Source: an uncultured Fusicatenibacter sp.
Lineage (GTDB): Bacteria; Bacillota; Clostridia; Lachnospirales; Lachnospiraceae
DNA: 64,000 nt
Assembly (NCBI GenBank): GCA_902493585.1
Contig: CABUPZ010000003.1
Coordinates: forward strand, 19,288-83,287
Direction: 5' to 3'
Of the stretch, positions 49,376-61,617 are shown piece after piece; position 1 is the first letter of the stretch; each line of letters begins with the position of its first letter. Below the pieces are notes generated by a model. It was given only the letters and a program-made list of their open reading frames with translations. It did not search any database and was not told where the DNA came from. Made by a program: the position numbers and the translations under genes.

Positions 49376-51834
49376 AAAAGATTCTGACCAGGGTAATTGT
49401 ACTCCTGCTGGTGTTCGTAGCAGGAGTCGTGGTGTTTTCTCATATTCGCAACCAGGAAGACACTGTGGAAGCGGTTGAGATGGAGGCGCCAGTCCTGCCG
49501 GTGCTTTATATGCAGGAAGGTGACATCCTGATCAATCCGATGTTTGGAAATAAGGCGCAGATGGACGGTGCCACGGTGAGGGATCATCTGACGCTGCTGC
49601 CCACGGACAGAAATCTGAAAGTGGCGGTGGACACCAAAGGGCAGGAGATCAGCAGTGTGATTTACACTGTGAAAAGTACAGACGGCACGGAAATTGTGGA
49701 AAATTCCGCGATCAGAAATTTTTCTGAGGATAATGGTTATCAGAAGGCGGATGTCCATCTGGATACGCCGATTCTGCTGAATCAGGAATATATTCTGGAG
49801 TTTCAGATCGAATTGGAGAGCGGAGAGTCCGCGTATTATTATACACGTCTTGTGCAGCGCTCCGGCGTGACTCTGACCGGTTATCTGGAATTTGCAAACA
49901 TGTTTTATCAGACCTGTCTGGACAAGAGCGCCGCGGAGAGCCTGAGTGACTATATGGAATCCAACAGCTCCAACGCCAATAATTCTTTCCAGAATGTGGA
50001 CATTCATTCCAGTGTGGATCAGATCAGCTGGGGCAATCTGGCGCCGCAGCTGGTGAAGACGGGAGTGCCCAGGGTCAATGAGATCAATGAGACAACGGCA
50101 AGTATTTCCGTGGATTATATGATCAGTTCCACAGACGGCGACGGAAATGTGGAATATTACACGGTAACGGACTTCTATCGTATGAGAAGAGCTTCCGACC
50201 GTGTGGCGCTGCTGGATTTTGAGCGGAGTGCGACTCAGATTTTTGATGCGGATCTTCCGGTTCTGACCAGTAAGGGGATCAATCTCGGTGTGGTGCCGCA
50301 GGATACTCAGTATGTGGCAAATACCGCGGGAGATGTCGTTGCCTTTGTGGTGAACGGTGATCTTTGGTCCTACAACCGCAGCGCAAACAAATGTACCAGG
50401 GTGTTCAGTTTCCGGGAGGACGGAGATTCCGGACAGGATGAGCGGTATCAGAATGATGCGCATGATATCCGGATCGTTCGTGTATCCGAGTCAGGGGATC
50501 TTACTTTTGTGGTTTATGGATATATGAACCGTGGAAAACATGAGGGAGAAACAGGTGTAGCGGTGTATAACTTCCACGCGGAGCGCCAGGTGGCACAGGA
50601 AGAGCTGTTTATCCCGTCGACGGTTTCTTATCAGGTTCTGCGTCAGAATCTGGATGTCCTGTCTTATGTAAGTACCGATGACAAGATGTATCTTTATCTG
50701 AACGGTTCGCTGTATCAGATGGAACTCAGCGACGGAAGCTGCCAGGTGATCCAGGACGGAATCGCGAAGGATTGTTTTGTGGTTTCTCAAAGTCAGGCGA
50801 ACGTAGCGTGGATGACCGCGGAAAGCGCCAATCAGACTTCTGAGATTACGGTGATGAGTCTGGAAACGCAGGAAACCATGCAGCTGACGGCGGCGGAAGG
50901 ACAGAAGATCAAAGCCCTTGGATTTATCAACGATGATTTCGTCTATGGAATTGCCAATGATGCAGACATTGTCACAGATGTGTCCGGAAACCAGACCTTT
51001 GCGATGCATACCATCCGGATCCAGGGAATGGACGGAACGGTCAAAAAAGAGTATCATCAGGACGGCGTGTACGTGACAGGAATCGCGGTTTCCAATGGTC
51101 TGTTGGAGATGGATCGGGTGGTCCGCCAGGGTGACGGCTATGTGGAGACCTCGCAGGATCATATCATGAACGGAGAGCAACAGGCGGAGACGGTCGTGAC
51201 CAGCCGTATGGCGACCATCGGCGAGCGCAGAGAGCAGCAGATGGTGCTGGAGTTCCCGGAGGAAGGAAAAACGACGAATCTGCTGAAAGTGGAAACGAGA
51301 TATTATCAGAAAGATTCCACGGCTTCGCTGACAATCAATTATGAGCAGGGAGATGATCCGGTATATTTTGTCTATGCAAAGGGAGAACTGCAGAGTATCC
51401 TCAGCAGTCCGGCACAGGCAATCCAGGCGGCGGACAGCCAGGTAGGCGTGGTTCTGAATCAGGATCAGGCTTATGTATGGGAGCGGGGAAACCGTTCTAC
51501 ATCGGCACAGATCGACCCGGCATCTCTTCCGGAGGCATTCCGGAACGCTTCGCTGGATGAGGCGGCGCTGCAGGCATCGCTCGGTGAAGGAGAAACATTG
51601 ATGAACCTGACTGGATGCAGTCTGGACAGTGTCCTGTATCTGGTGGCGCAGGGCCATCCGGTGGTTGCGCGTCTCAATGCGGACGGCAAGCAGAATGTGG
51701 TGATCGTTGGATATGACCAGTTCAACAATACGCTGATCTATGATCCGGCAACGCAGCAGACGACACCGATGGGACAGCAGGACAGCACCAATGCGTTTGA
51801 GGCACAGGGAAATATCTTTATGAGTTATATGTGA
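49369..51834 (+). CDS. large membrane-anchored extracellular protein with C-terminal peptidase-C39-like domain
   Basis: N-terminal TM; beta-rich body; GHPVVA..VVIVGYD..LIYDP C-terminus. Confidence 0.7.
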   Translation: MLKKILTRVIVLLLVFVAGVVVFSHIRNQEDTVEAVEMEAPVLPVLYMQEGDILINPMFGNKAQMDGATVRDHLTLLPTDRNLKVAVDTKGQEISSVIYTVKSTDGTEIVENSAIRNFSEDNGYQKADVHLDTPILLNQEYILEFQIELESGESAYYYTRLVQRSGVTLTGYLEFANMFYQTCLDKSAAESLSDYMESNSSNANNSFQNVDIHSSVDQISWGNLAPQLVKTGVPRVNEINETTASISVDYMISSTDGDGNVEYYTVTDFYRMRRASDRVALLDFERSATQIFDADLPVLTSKGINLGVVPQDTQYVANTAGDVVAFVVNGDLWSYNRSANKCTRVFSFREDGDSGQDERYQNDAHDIRIVRVSESGDLTFVVYGYMNRGKHEGETGVAVYNFHAERQVAQEELFIPSTVSYQVLRQNLDVLSYVSTDDKMYLYLNGSLYQMELSDGSCQVIQDGIAKDCFVVSQSQANVAWMTAESANQTSEITVMSLETQETMQLTAAEGQKIKALGFINDDFVYGIANDADIVTDVSGNQTFAMHTIRIQGMDGTVKKEYHQDGVYVTGIAVSNGLLEMDRVVRQGDGYVETSQDHIMNGEQQAETVVTSRMATIGERREQQMVLEFPEEGKTTNLLKVETRYYQKDSTASLTINYEQGDDPVYFVYAKGELQSILSSPAQAIQAADSQVGVVLNQDQAYVWERGNRSTSAQIDPASLPEAFRNASLDEAALQASLGEGETLMNLTGCSLDSVLYLVAQGHPVVARLNADGKQNVVIVGYDQFNNTLIYDPATQQTTPMGQQDSTNAFEAQGNIFMSYM

Positions 51835-51918
51835 TTAGAAAGTGTAACAGGAAAACCGCTGTTCTTAGGAGGGGTGGATTCCGGTTCTGGCAGAAGGGCG
51901 GATGAATGAACATAATAG

Positions 51919-51957
51919 AAAGGCGGCACAGGAGTGGATGGTTCCTGTGCCGCCTTT
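51919..51957. terminator. terminator hairpin
   Basis: aaaggcggcacagga...tcctgtgccgccttt. Confidence 0.8.
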
Positions 51958-51996
51958 GCGGTTTAAGATGTTATAAGATTCACATTTGCTGTTGGT

Positions 51997-53388
<1,392 letters not shown>

Positions 53389-53560
53389 AATGATCTTCTC
53401 CGTTCCAATATGAATTTTCGTAGTGAGATTCATGTGTGGGTGCCTTCCGGCTTCCGGATGTTCGGACACTTGAATCATGGTAACTATTGTACCACCAATT
53501 TGGGGGTTCGAAAAGCCCCTAAATGAAAATGGGGACGAAAGCCGCCCGGGAATCCGCCGC

Positions 53561-53747
53561 GCCCGCCAGCCGGGGAGAAATATGGACTGCGTGCTCACTC
53601 CGACCTCCGGACAGCGCAGGGAATTTTGTTCGCCGCCTGGGGTGCTGTCATTCTTTCACTCCGGATGTGGCGGCGGACATAATTCCCTGCGCTGTTCGTC
53701 TGTAGTCGCAAGCACTGCAGTTCCATATTTCTCCCCGGCTGGCGGGC
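53561..53747. repeat. 187-bp imperfect palindrome (MITE-like)
   Basis: GCCCGCCAGCCGGGGAGAAATATGGA...TCCATATTTCTCCCCGGCTGGCGGGC outer arms; ACAGCGCAGGGAATT/AATTCCCTGCGCTGT inner arms. Confidence 0.85.
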
Positions 53748-54051
53748 TTTCTGGGAGTGGCGGAGGTAGGAGTGGGATGACGTGATAGTGGAATAGTCGG
53801 ATCGTAGAAAAGCAGGATGTGAAGGGAGCTTGTTTTGTAGTTTGGGGATGATTTGGTTTTCTGGGGGGATGGTGTGGGCGGGATTGCCGAGGGAGATTTT
53901 GTGAGAGAACTTTTTGTTGATAGTTGAAAGTGAAAGGTATTGACTGCAAAACAAAAAGAGACTTCTGTGAGGATTTCTTTTTTTCTATAATTTGATTAGT
54001 ACATCAATGATTGAATCGGAAATTATATCAGAAAAGGGAGAAACTCAGAAG

Positions 54052-55125
54052 ATGATGAGAAGAGAAATTTTGCTGTTGTTGTCGTTGGGTTTGGTGTTGG
54101 TCTGCAGCGGGTGTTCGAACCGGCAGGAAGATACAGGAAAATCGGAGGTTTCTGAACGGAGTGTTTCTTCGGGTGATAGGCGGCAGGAGTCTTCGGAAAC
54201 GGATCGGGAAGCGGATACAGGTGTGAGCGATTCGAATGAAGGTGTCGTCCGTTCGATTCCGGAAACGTTGGCGCAGATTCCGGAAGGTTATGATACGCCG
54301 GCGGATCAGCAGGGAAAGATTGAAAAGCTTACTTATATGACTTATGAATCGATGCGTTATGAAGAAAAATCACAGCGGCTGGAAAAGACGGCTTATGTGT
54401 ATTTGCCTTATGGATATTCGGAGGAGAAGCAGTACAATGTGTTTTATCTGATGCACGGCGGCTGGAGTAATGAGACGACCATGCTGGGGACGGATCAGCA
54501 GGCAGGAACCCTGAAGCATGTGATCGATCATGCCATTCAGGATGGACGGATGCAGCCGATGATCATTGTCTGTCCTACTTATAACAACACGAGTCCGGAG
54601 GACAGTTCCAGTTACAGTCTGGCGCTTCGGCTGACGGATAATTATCATAATGAGCTGGTCAATGATCTGATTCCGGCGGTGGAGGGACGGTACAGTTCTT
54701 ATGCGGAGGATACGTCGCCCGAGGGGATCGCGGCCTCGCGGATGCATCGGGGATTTGGTGGATTCTCCATGGGGTCGGTGGCAACCTGGCATATTTTTCA
54801 GTATTGTTTGGATGATTTTTATTATTTTATGCCCATGAGCGGAAGTTTTACCACGGACGGAGACTTTATGAGTCAGATTGTCACAGAATCCGGGTATGGT
54901 CCGGAAGACTTCTTCATTTATGCAATGTCCGGAACGGATGATTTTGCCTATTCTGCGTTTGCGCGGCAGATGGAAGCGATGCTGGAGACTTCCGATGGAA
55001 ACTTTGTCGAAGCGGACAATGACCGGGAGGGGAATCTTGCGTTCCGTGTACAGGAAGGCGGGACTCATAACGGGGAATATGCGGAACAGTATATTTATAA
55101 TGGGCTGTGCTGGTTCTGGAATTGA
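54052..55125 (+). CDS. alpha/beta-hydrolase esterase lipoprotein (CE1-like)
   Basis: Lipobox CSGC, VYLPYGY, YLMHGG, GGFSMG nucleophile elbow, GTDD, GGTH. Confidence 0.85.
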   Translation: MMRREILLLLSLGLVLVCSGCSNRQEDTGKSEVSERSVSSGDRRQESSETDREADTGVSDSNEGVVRSIPETLAQIPEGYDTPADQQGKIEKLTYMTYESMRYEEKSQRLEKTAYVYLPYGYSEEKQYNVFYLMHGGWSNETTMLGTDQQAGTLKHVIDHAIQDGRMQPMIIVCPTYNNTSPEDSSSYSLALRLTDNYHNELVNDLIPAVEGRYSSYAEDTSPEGIAASRMHRGFGGFSMGSVATWHIFQYCLDDFYYFMPMSGSFTTDGDFMSQIVTESGYGPEDFFIYAMSGTDDFAYSAFARQMEAMLETSDGNFVEADNDREGNLAFRVQEGGTHNGEYAEQYIYNGLCWFWN

Positions 55126-55147
55126 AAATTGTGGATGAATTATAAGA

Positions 55148-55180
55148 AATCCGGAGGCACCTGAAAAATGTCTCCGGATT
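55148..55180. terminator. hairpin between convergent genes
   Basis: aatccggaggca...tgtctccggatt. Confidence 0.55.
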
Positions 55181-55249
55181 GTTCAGAATGATTTATTTCC
55201 AACGGTACCTTTTGGTCCAATATCCCGCAGTTCTGTAGAAATGGAAAAA

Positions 55250-57727
55250 TCAAAGATATTTTCCCGTATAGCTTTGTGCCGTGTTTTTTATTGTCTCCGG
55301 TGTCCCTGCGGCAACGATCGTGCCGCCGTCGGATCCGCCGCCGGGGCCCATATCGATGATATAGTCCGCATTGCGTATTACATCAAGATCATGTTCAATG
55401 ACGATCACGGTTGCTCCATGTTCGATCAATGTCTGGAAGACGCCGAGCAGAGTCTGTACATCCAGCGGATGCAGACCGATGGTCGGTTCGTCGAAAATGA
55501 AGACGGAATCGGACTGCGCCTTTCCCATCTCGCTGGCAAGCTTCAGCCGCTGGGCTTCGCCGCCGGAAAGACCGGGTGTTTCTTCGCCAAGAGTCAGATA
55601 TCCGAGACCGAGTTCCTGAAGGACCTTCAGCCGCTGAACAACCGTTTTCCTTCCTGCGCAGGCTTTCAGTGCGGTATTTACATCCATAGCCATGTAATCC
55701 GGCAGGGAATATGTCTGTCCGCTCTGTGCCGTGTACCGGATATGTTCCGCGTCTTTTCCGTACCGGGAACCTCTGCACTCCGGACAGGGAATGTCCACGT
55801 CAGGCAGAAACTGGACATCGAGACTGATCACTCCGGTTCCGTCACAGACCGGGCAGCGCAGCCGTCCGGTGTTATAGGAGAAATCCCCTGCTTTGTACCC
55901 TGCCTGTTTTGCATCCGGTGTCTTTGCAAATATTTTCCGGAGCTCGTCGTGTACATTGGCATAGGTGGCGACGGTGGAACGGACATTGATGCCGATGGGT
56001 GTGGCGTCGATCAGCTTTACCTGCTGGATGCCGTCGGCTTCAACGGAACGGATATGGTTCGGAAGTGTTCCCTGATGGAGCCGTGCTTCCAGTGCAGGAA
56101 CAAGGCTTTCCAGGATCAGAGTCGTTTTTCCGGAACCTGAGACGCCGGTGACAACGGTCAGCTTTCCCTTTGGAATTCTGACATCCAGCGGTTTTACCGT
56201 ATGGATCTGGGAGGTGGAAAGGCGGATGGTTCCTTCTTTGAACAGTTCCTCCGCCGTCGACCGGTTTCTCATATGAATTTCCGCTGCGCCGGACAGGAAA
56301 GGACCGATACTGGAAGCCGGATTTTCTGAAAGATCCGAGACGGTTCCTTCCGCAATGACCCGGCCTCCGCCGGCGCCGGCGCCAGGTCCCATTTCAACGA
56401 TCCAGTCAGCTGCAGCCAGGATCTGTGTGTCATGGTCGACGAGCACAACGGAATTTCCATCGGCGATCAGGTCGTTCATAATGCCGGTCAGTCCATCGAG
56501 ATTGGACGGGTGAAGACCGATGGACGGTTCGTCTAGAACATAAAGAACGCCTGTCGTACGATTGCGGACCGCGCGCGCAAGCTGCATGCGCTGACGTTCG
56601 CCGGTGGAGAGTGTGGAGGATGCCCGGTCAAGGGTGAGATATCCGAGTCCCAGCTCCATCAGACGTTTGGCGGATGTCTGGAAGGACTCACAGATACTGT
56701 CTGCCATCGGACGCATTTCTTCAGGTAGGGATGCTGGAATGCCCGCTACCCAACGGGAAAGATCAGACAGGGTCATCCGGCAGGCCTCGTCCAGGCTGAT
56801 TCCGCGGAGTCTCGGCATTCTTGCCTCCTCTGACAGCCTTGTTCCACTGCAGTCCGGGCAGACCTCCTGTTTCAGAAATTTTTCCACCCGTTTCATCCCT
56901 TTTTCGTCTTTGACTTTCGCCAGAGCGTTTTCCACGGTATAGACTGCGTTATAATAGGTGAAATCAAGTTCGCTGGCCTGATTGGAGTTTTTGGCTTTGT
57001 AGAGAATATGCTTTTTCTCGGCAGGTCCGTGATAAACGATGTCCTTTTCTTTTTCTGAAAGATCACGGAAAGAAATGTCTGTGCGGACGCCCATCGCCCG
57101 ACAGACATCCGTCATCAATGACCACATCAGAGAATTCCATGGGGCGACGGCGCCTTCGTCGATGGAAAGAGAATCATCCGGCACAAGGGTGGAAAGATCG
57201 ACGGTTCGCACGATGCCGGTTCCGCCGCAGGTACGGCAGGCGCCCTGGCTGTTGAAGGCGAGCTCTTCCGCTGACGGAGCGTAAAATGTAGCGCCGCATT
57301 CCGGACAGACCAGTTCCTGTCCGGCTGCAACTGCAAGCGTGGGAGGAAGAAAATGGCCGTTGGGGCATCTGTGGCTTGCCAGACGTGAGAACATCAGGCG
57401 AAGGCTGTTCAGAAGTTCCGTTCCGGTGCCGAAGGTGCTGCGGATGCCCGGCACTCCGGGGCGCTGGTGAAGCGCAAGTGCCGCCGGCACGTAGAGGACT
57501 TCGTCCACAGGCGCTTTGGCAGCCTGGGTCATGCGCCGGCGGGTGTAGGTGGACAGTGCGTCCAGATACCGCCGGGAACCTTCCGCGTACAGGACGCCAA
57601 GGGCAAGGGAGGATTTTCCGGATCCGGAGACACCGGCGATTCCGACGATTTTGTTGAGAGGGATGTCGACGTTGATGTTTTTCAGGTTGTGGACGCGGGC
57701 GCCGCGGATTTTTATGTGGGTGATCAT
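55250..57727 (-). CDS. UvrA-like ABC ATPase (short class II / UvrA2-DrrC type)
   Basis: GARVHNLKN, two GVSGSGK Walker A, LSTGE/LSGGE signatures, CxxC pairs; only 825 aa. Confidence 0.88.
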   Translation of the reverse strand: MITHIKIRGARVHNLKNINVDIPLNKIVGIAGVSGSGKSSLALGVLYAEGSRRYLDALSTYTRRRMTQAAKAPVDEVLYVPAALALHQRPGVPGIRSTFGTGTELLNSLRLMFSRLASHRCPNGHFLPPTLAVAAGQELVCPECGATFYAPSAEELAFNSQGACRTCGGTGIVRTVDLSTLVPDDSLSIDEGAVAPWNSLMWSLMTDVCRAMGVRTDISFRDLSEKEKDIVYHGPAEKKHILYKAKNSNQASELDFTYYNAVYTVENALAKVKDEKGMKRVEKFLKQEVCPDCSGTRLSEEARMPRLRGISLDEACRMTLSDLSRWVAGIPASLPEEMRPMADSICESFQTSAKRLMELGLGYLTLDRASSTLSTGERQRMQLARAVRNRTTGVLYVLDEPSIGLHPSNLDGLTGIMNDLIADGNSVVLVDHDTQILAAADWIVEMGPGAGAGGGRVIAEGTVSDLSENPASSIGPFLSGAAEIHMRNRSTAEELFKEGTIRLSTSQIHTVKPLDVRIPKGKLTVVTGVSGSGKTTLILESLVPALEARLHQGTLPNHIRSVEADGIQQVKLIDATPIGINVRSTVATYANVHDELRKIFAKTPDAKQAGYKAGDFSYNTGRLRCPVCDGTGVISLDVQFLPDVDIPCPECRGSRYGKDAEHIRYTAQSGQTYSLPDYMAMDVNTALKACAGRKTVVQRLKVLQELGLGYLTLGEETPGLSGGEAQRLKLASEMGKAQSDSVFIFDEPTIGLHPLDVQTLLGVFQTLIEHGATVIVIEHDLDVIRNADYIIDMGPGGGSDGGTIVAAGTPETIKNTAQSYTGKYL

Positions 57728-58151
57728 GGGGAGCCTCCTTGGGGGTGTAAGTATTTTTGGGGATGACTGATTGTTTGCGTTTGGGTAGGGGGTGACAGCG
57801 AAAGTGCAAGAAATTTTCTATGCATTTTATATTTTACTGCGGTTTAAACTGAAAGACAACATTACTGAAGAAAAAAGCGAAAGCAGTCAGTGAAAGCTCC
57901 CTGTTATGCTCCACTTTATGCAGAAAGAGACAGAGGGTGTTTTGGAGTGTACAGGCGGATTTTATAGCGGAGCTGGCGGCTGGAAACCTCGGAAAGACAG
58001 TCTCTCGTTGGGTTTTTCTTTGAAGAATTCCAATCAGAATTCTTCCGCCCAGCCACCATTTGTACTCCGGTTCAAACCGTGCTTTTATTTGAATTCGCCG
58101 GAGAAATATATTCGTTGCATAGGTTGGGTAAACGTAGTGTCCGGCGGATTG

Positions 58152-59288
58152 TTACAGGTATTGGGATTTCGGATAGTGCGTCTCTGCCCCCGGCGGATTG
58201 CAGCGGATCACAGTCAGCGGTTCGGCGCCTGTTGATCGGAATGCAAGCTGTTCGATTCCTGCCGGCAGGAAAAATTGCTGCATTTTCCGGACAGGAACCA
58301 CACCGTTCGGAGTTTCAAGAACTCCCTCTCCGTTCAGTACCAGCACGATGGAAAACGTATGGATATCGGTATATCGTAAGGAATGACCTACCTCCAGCCG
58401 TTCCATGCTGAAACAGTCGGTATCGCGCCGTCCGATCAGGAGCTGCCATCTGCTTCCATCCGGATATTCGACGGTTTCCGGAAAAATAAAACAATTTCTC
58501 CTCAAATCTGTCTCGGTCATGGTTTCATAGTGAAAGCATTCCATCAGTGCTTTTTCTCCCAGACCCTGATGGATTAGCGCATCCGGAATCGGTGTACCGT
58601 CCGCTTTGGTTCGTTCGCTCCGCATGGTATAATCCGTTGGTTCCTGAATTTCCACAAGGACGCAGCCGGGTCCGATTGCATGAGGCATTCCGCCGCGGAT
58701 CAGCCAGGTCTCCCCGGCATTCGGTGTTATCCGGTTCAGGCAACGGACCATCGCTGGAATGTCCTGCCTCTGGTAAACATCCTCCCATATTTCCCGTGTA
58801 ACACCCGGACGGAATCCCATCAGAAGACAAGGAGACTGTCCATCGATTTCCCGGGTTTCCAGGATATGCCAGCATTCCGTTTTTCCGTAGTCTGAATGAA
58901 AATATTCTTTCGCGAAGAGTTTATCCGGATGTACCTGGATACTTAATCGTTCTGCCGAGTCTATAATCTTTGCGAGAACCCCGGGAACGGCGCCGTATCT
59001 GGCTGTATGTGTTCTGCCGAGCATTCGTTCCGGTTCCTGCTGTACGAGATCCCTGAGGATCAATGTCTGACCGTTCAGAATTGTTGCGGATAAACCCTCG
59101 TTTTTTACAGGAGAAAAGCCCGGATTCACCGCCTCTGTCATGGACGCCAGCCATTCCTCCGGGCTGTCGCTTTCCTTAGCATATTCGATTCCGTGACGGC
59201 GGTCCAGCCAGCTTCCGCCTCGATAAGTTCTCCGTACTCTAGCTGGTTCCAGAAGAAGAGGCAGGCTTGTAAAATCAAGATCGTTCAT
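58152..59288 (-). CDS. class I mannose-6-phosphate isomerase-like cupin
   Basis: PEEW, RLSIQVHP, KTECW, PHAIG, EIQEPTD. Confidence 0.85.
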   Translation of the reverse strand: MNDLDFTSLPLLLEPARVRRTYRGGSWLDRRHGIEYAKESDSPEEWLASMTEAVNPGFSPVKNEGLSATILNGQTLILRDLVQQEPERMLGRTHTARYGAVPGVLAKIIDSAERLSIQVHPDKLFAKEYFHSDYGKTECWHILETREIDGQSPCLLMGFRPGVTREIWEDVYQRQDIPAMVRCLNRITPNAGETWLIRGGMPHAIGPGCVLVEIQEPTDYTMRSERTKADGTPIPDALIHQGLGEKALMECFHYETMTETDLRRNCFIFPETVEYPDGSRWQLLIGRRDTDCFSMERLEVGHSLRYTDIHTFSIVLVLNGEGVLETPNGVVPVRKMQQFFLPAGIEQLAFRSTGAEPLTVIRCNPPGAETHYPKSQYL

Positions 59289-59310
59289 ATCGTATCTCCT
59301 TCGATAAGCT

Positions 59311-59338
59311 TTTTCGGTTCAGCTGAGTGAACGGTTAT
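59311..59338. repeat. REP-like palindrome overlapping the GH42-like stop codon
   Basis: TTTTCGGTTCAGCTGAGTGAACGGTTAT. Confidence 0.55.
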
Positions 59339-61403
59339 GTGCAATCCGGTAGATGCCGACATCGCCTTTGCAAAGTTCCGCCGTCCAGTTGTCTGAGGTA
59401 CCGGGCGCCGTTTTGTTTAGGATGTCAATGACAGGTTCTTCTGTATCCGGAATGGAAATAGAAATTTTACAGTCGTCCCCATAATTGAATGCAAAGAGAT
59501 AATCTGCGTTTTTTCCGGATAGCCGCTGCAGATTCAACTGTCCATGAGCACAGACAGCCGCCGCCGGAAGTTTTCCGCCGAATAATGTTTCAATCAGCGT
59601 ATATGCGTTGGCCTGGATTTGCTTTTTGCAGGAAAACCACAGAAACGTGGAAAGATAGCAGAAAGTTCCTTTTCCGTATGGGACGGAAATGACAGCCGGA
59701 GAACCGTCTTTATATGCGGCAATCATTTTTACTCGTGGATCAAAAATGCGCATCTGTCGCCGGTCATGTCCACCCTGTAAAGTACTTCCATCCGGCAGGG
59801 TGAATTCCAGATCACCATCTTCCATATCCAGCAGTTCAAATCCGAGTTTCTCTGAGAGACCACAGCCCGGAATCTGTGAGTAAAGAAGTCCGGTTTCATT
59901 TATTTCTCCGAGTTTTCCATCGCAGATACATATCCCGCCCTGTTCGGTATAGCGCAGTAATGCGTTAGTCAATTGCCTGTATGTCACTGTCTGTGTGGTC
60001 ATGAAAAGCAGCGGAATGTCATCTGCCTCTCCCTGACAGAACTGTTCGGGAGTGATAAAGCGGACGGGAATGTTGTGTTCCCAGAGCACTCGGTACAGTC
60101 CCGCAAGGGAATCCAGATAAATACTGGAAGGTGCGCCGATGACACCATGGAAGCCGATCGTGTATGCCTTTGTGAAATCCAGGTTCAGCCGGTCATACAG
60201 GATCGCCGCTGTTGGTTTCATGGGCCGGCACTGCATCAATTCCGGTTCCCGGTCAATGACTTCACCGAATCTGCGGACCGCTTCCAGCCGGGGCGTTTCC
60301 CTGCCCTGCGGATCTACAAGTCCACGTCCGAAGGTCTGTACACCTTTTCGGAATGGATTCCATTTCCAGTAAATGATGCCGTCGGCGCCATGGGAAACGG
60401 CTTCCCAGCACCACTGCCACAGTTCCTGCGGGGATACACTTCCTTCCGGATTGAACATGGTCGCATGGTGCGTCTGCATTTCCGAGATTGCAAATTTTCC
60501 ATCTGGTGAGGCACTGGAGGCACCTGTCATTGTCTGGTGACGAAGAAACGGCGGTGTATTCTTCGAGAGAAACTTCGGATAAAAAGAAATTCCATACCTG
60601 TACACTTCACGGGCAACTGTCCAGTCATCGGTAGGACGGTCATAATACCGATCCATGGTCACGCTGGAGTGAATGTTGTCCGCATAGATCTCATGGCTAC
60701 AGTCGGCGGATTCGATGGCTTCCCTCATGTATCTGAGAATCATGCCGATATTATCCTTGTGAAACTCCTGGTAATCTACGAAAGCCATCACACTTGCCCA
60801 CATCCACTGGGTGAAGCGGATCTCTTCCCAGCTTTGATATATCCGGTCCCAACTGTCGTTCAGGCGGGGGATATCTCCATATTTCTTCCGGAGCCAGCCT
60901 CGAAACAGTTCCAGCGTATATTGGTCGAAGCTTGTGAACTGTGTCTCATTCCAGATATCGTATCCTTTCAGTGCCGGAAAATCCCGGTATTCCCCGGCGA
61001 TTTCCCGGTACTGACGGCGGATCAGATCTTTTACCTGGGGGTGATTAAAGTTCAGGTATCCATATCCCAGTCCGCCCTCGTCGTAATTGCCTTTGCGGTC
61101 AACACAGAAATAGTCCTCCTTCATACGGAAATCCGGTGCATACTCAAGCGAGGTAATCTGCCCGGCGAGTTCCATGATCACCTGCATTCCGATTTCTTCC
61201 GCATCTTCGAGCAGGTTGCGGCCGGTCTGATAAGGATAGTGATCACCTTGCGGTTCCCACCAGTAAACCGCCGGCCAGATGACAACCGTGCGAAGACCAG
61301 CGTTGTACATGGACTGAAGCATTGCGCGGAGTTCTGCGCGGGAATGTTCCCGCTCTACTTTCAGTACTGCCCCGTGAGTGAATGTTTCTGAATTTCTCTT
61401 CAT
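59319..61403 (-). CDS. GH42-like (clan GH-A) glycosidase with trimerisation domain
   Basis: WWEP, YDIWNET acid/base, ISEMQ nucleophile, GADGIIYWKW, C-terminal GATase-like domain (YGKG). Confidence 0.8.
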   Translation of the reverse strand: MKRNSETFTHGAVLKVEREHSRAELRAMLQSMYNAGLRTVVIWPAVYWWEPQGDHYPYQTGRNLLEDAEEIGMQVIMELAGQITSLEYAPDFRMKEDYFCVDRKGNYDEGGLGYGYLNFNHPQVKDLIRRQYREIAGEYRDFPALKGYDIWNETQFTSFDQYTLELFRGWLRKKYGDIPRLNDSWDRIYQSWEEIRFTQWMWASVMAFVDYQEFHKDNIGMILRYMREAIESADCSHEIYADNIHSSVTMDRYYDRPTDDWTVAREVYRYGISFYPKFLSKNTPPFLRHQTMTGASSASPDGKFAISEMQTHHATMFNPEGSVSPQELWQWCWEAVSHGADGIIYWKWNPFRKGVQTFGRGLVDPQGRETPRLEAVRRFGEVIDREPELMQCRPMKPTAAILYDRLNLDFTKAYTIGFHGVIGAPSSIYLDSLAGLYRVLWEHNIPVRFITPEQFCQGEADDIPLLFMTTQTVTYRQLTNALLRYTEQGGICICDGKLGEINETGLLYSQIPGCGLSEKLGFELLDMEDGDLEFTLPDGSTLQGGHDRRQMRIFDPRVKMIAAYKDGSPAVISVPYGKGTFCYLSTFLWFSCKKQIQANAYTLIETLFGGKLPAAAVCAHGQLNLQRLSGKNADYLFAFNYGDDCKISISIPDTEEPVIDILNKTAPGTSDNWTAELCKGDVGIYRIAHNRSLS

Positions 61404-61617
61404 AATTTTTCCTTTCCCGCAGGGCGAAAGAGAATAAGAACAACAGATTTTCGGATCCGTTTTCCGTAAAAGCTCTTTTCGTGCTGCGTATCATGGTTTC
61501 TTGGAATGTAAAACCATTATACTGTTTTGCGAAAAAGGTTCTCTGTCAAAATCGGCTTTTTTTGTCCGATTTTCTTTCATTTGTTTCCCCTGGCTGACCG
61601 GACAGTGTGGAAGCGTA

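Noticed and set aside
53389..53598. T-box leader or N-terminal extension of asnS
   Set aside because: The TGGTGGTAC match is an extended -10 (TGgTACAAT) with no antiterminator or terminator following; AsnS homology begins at MKLTTV (53388).
53840..53895. G-quadruplex in the G/T-rich tract (also near 57740 and 62940)
   Set aside because: G-runs have long or irregular loops and are explained by local strand skew.
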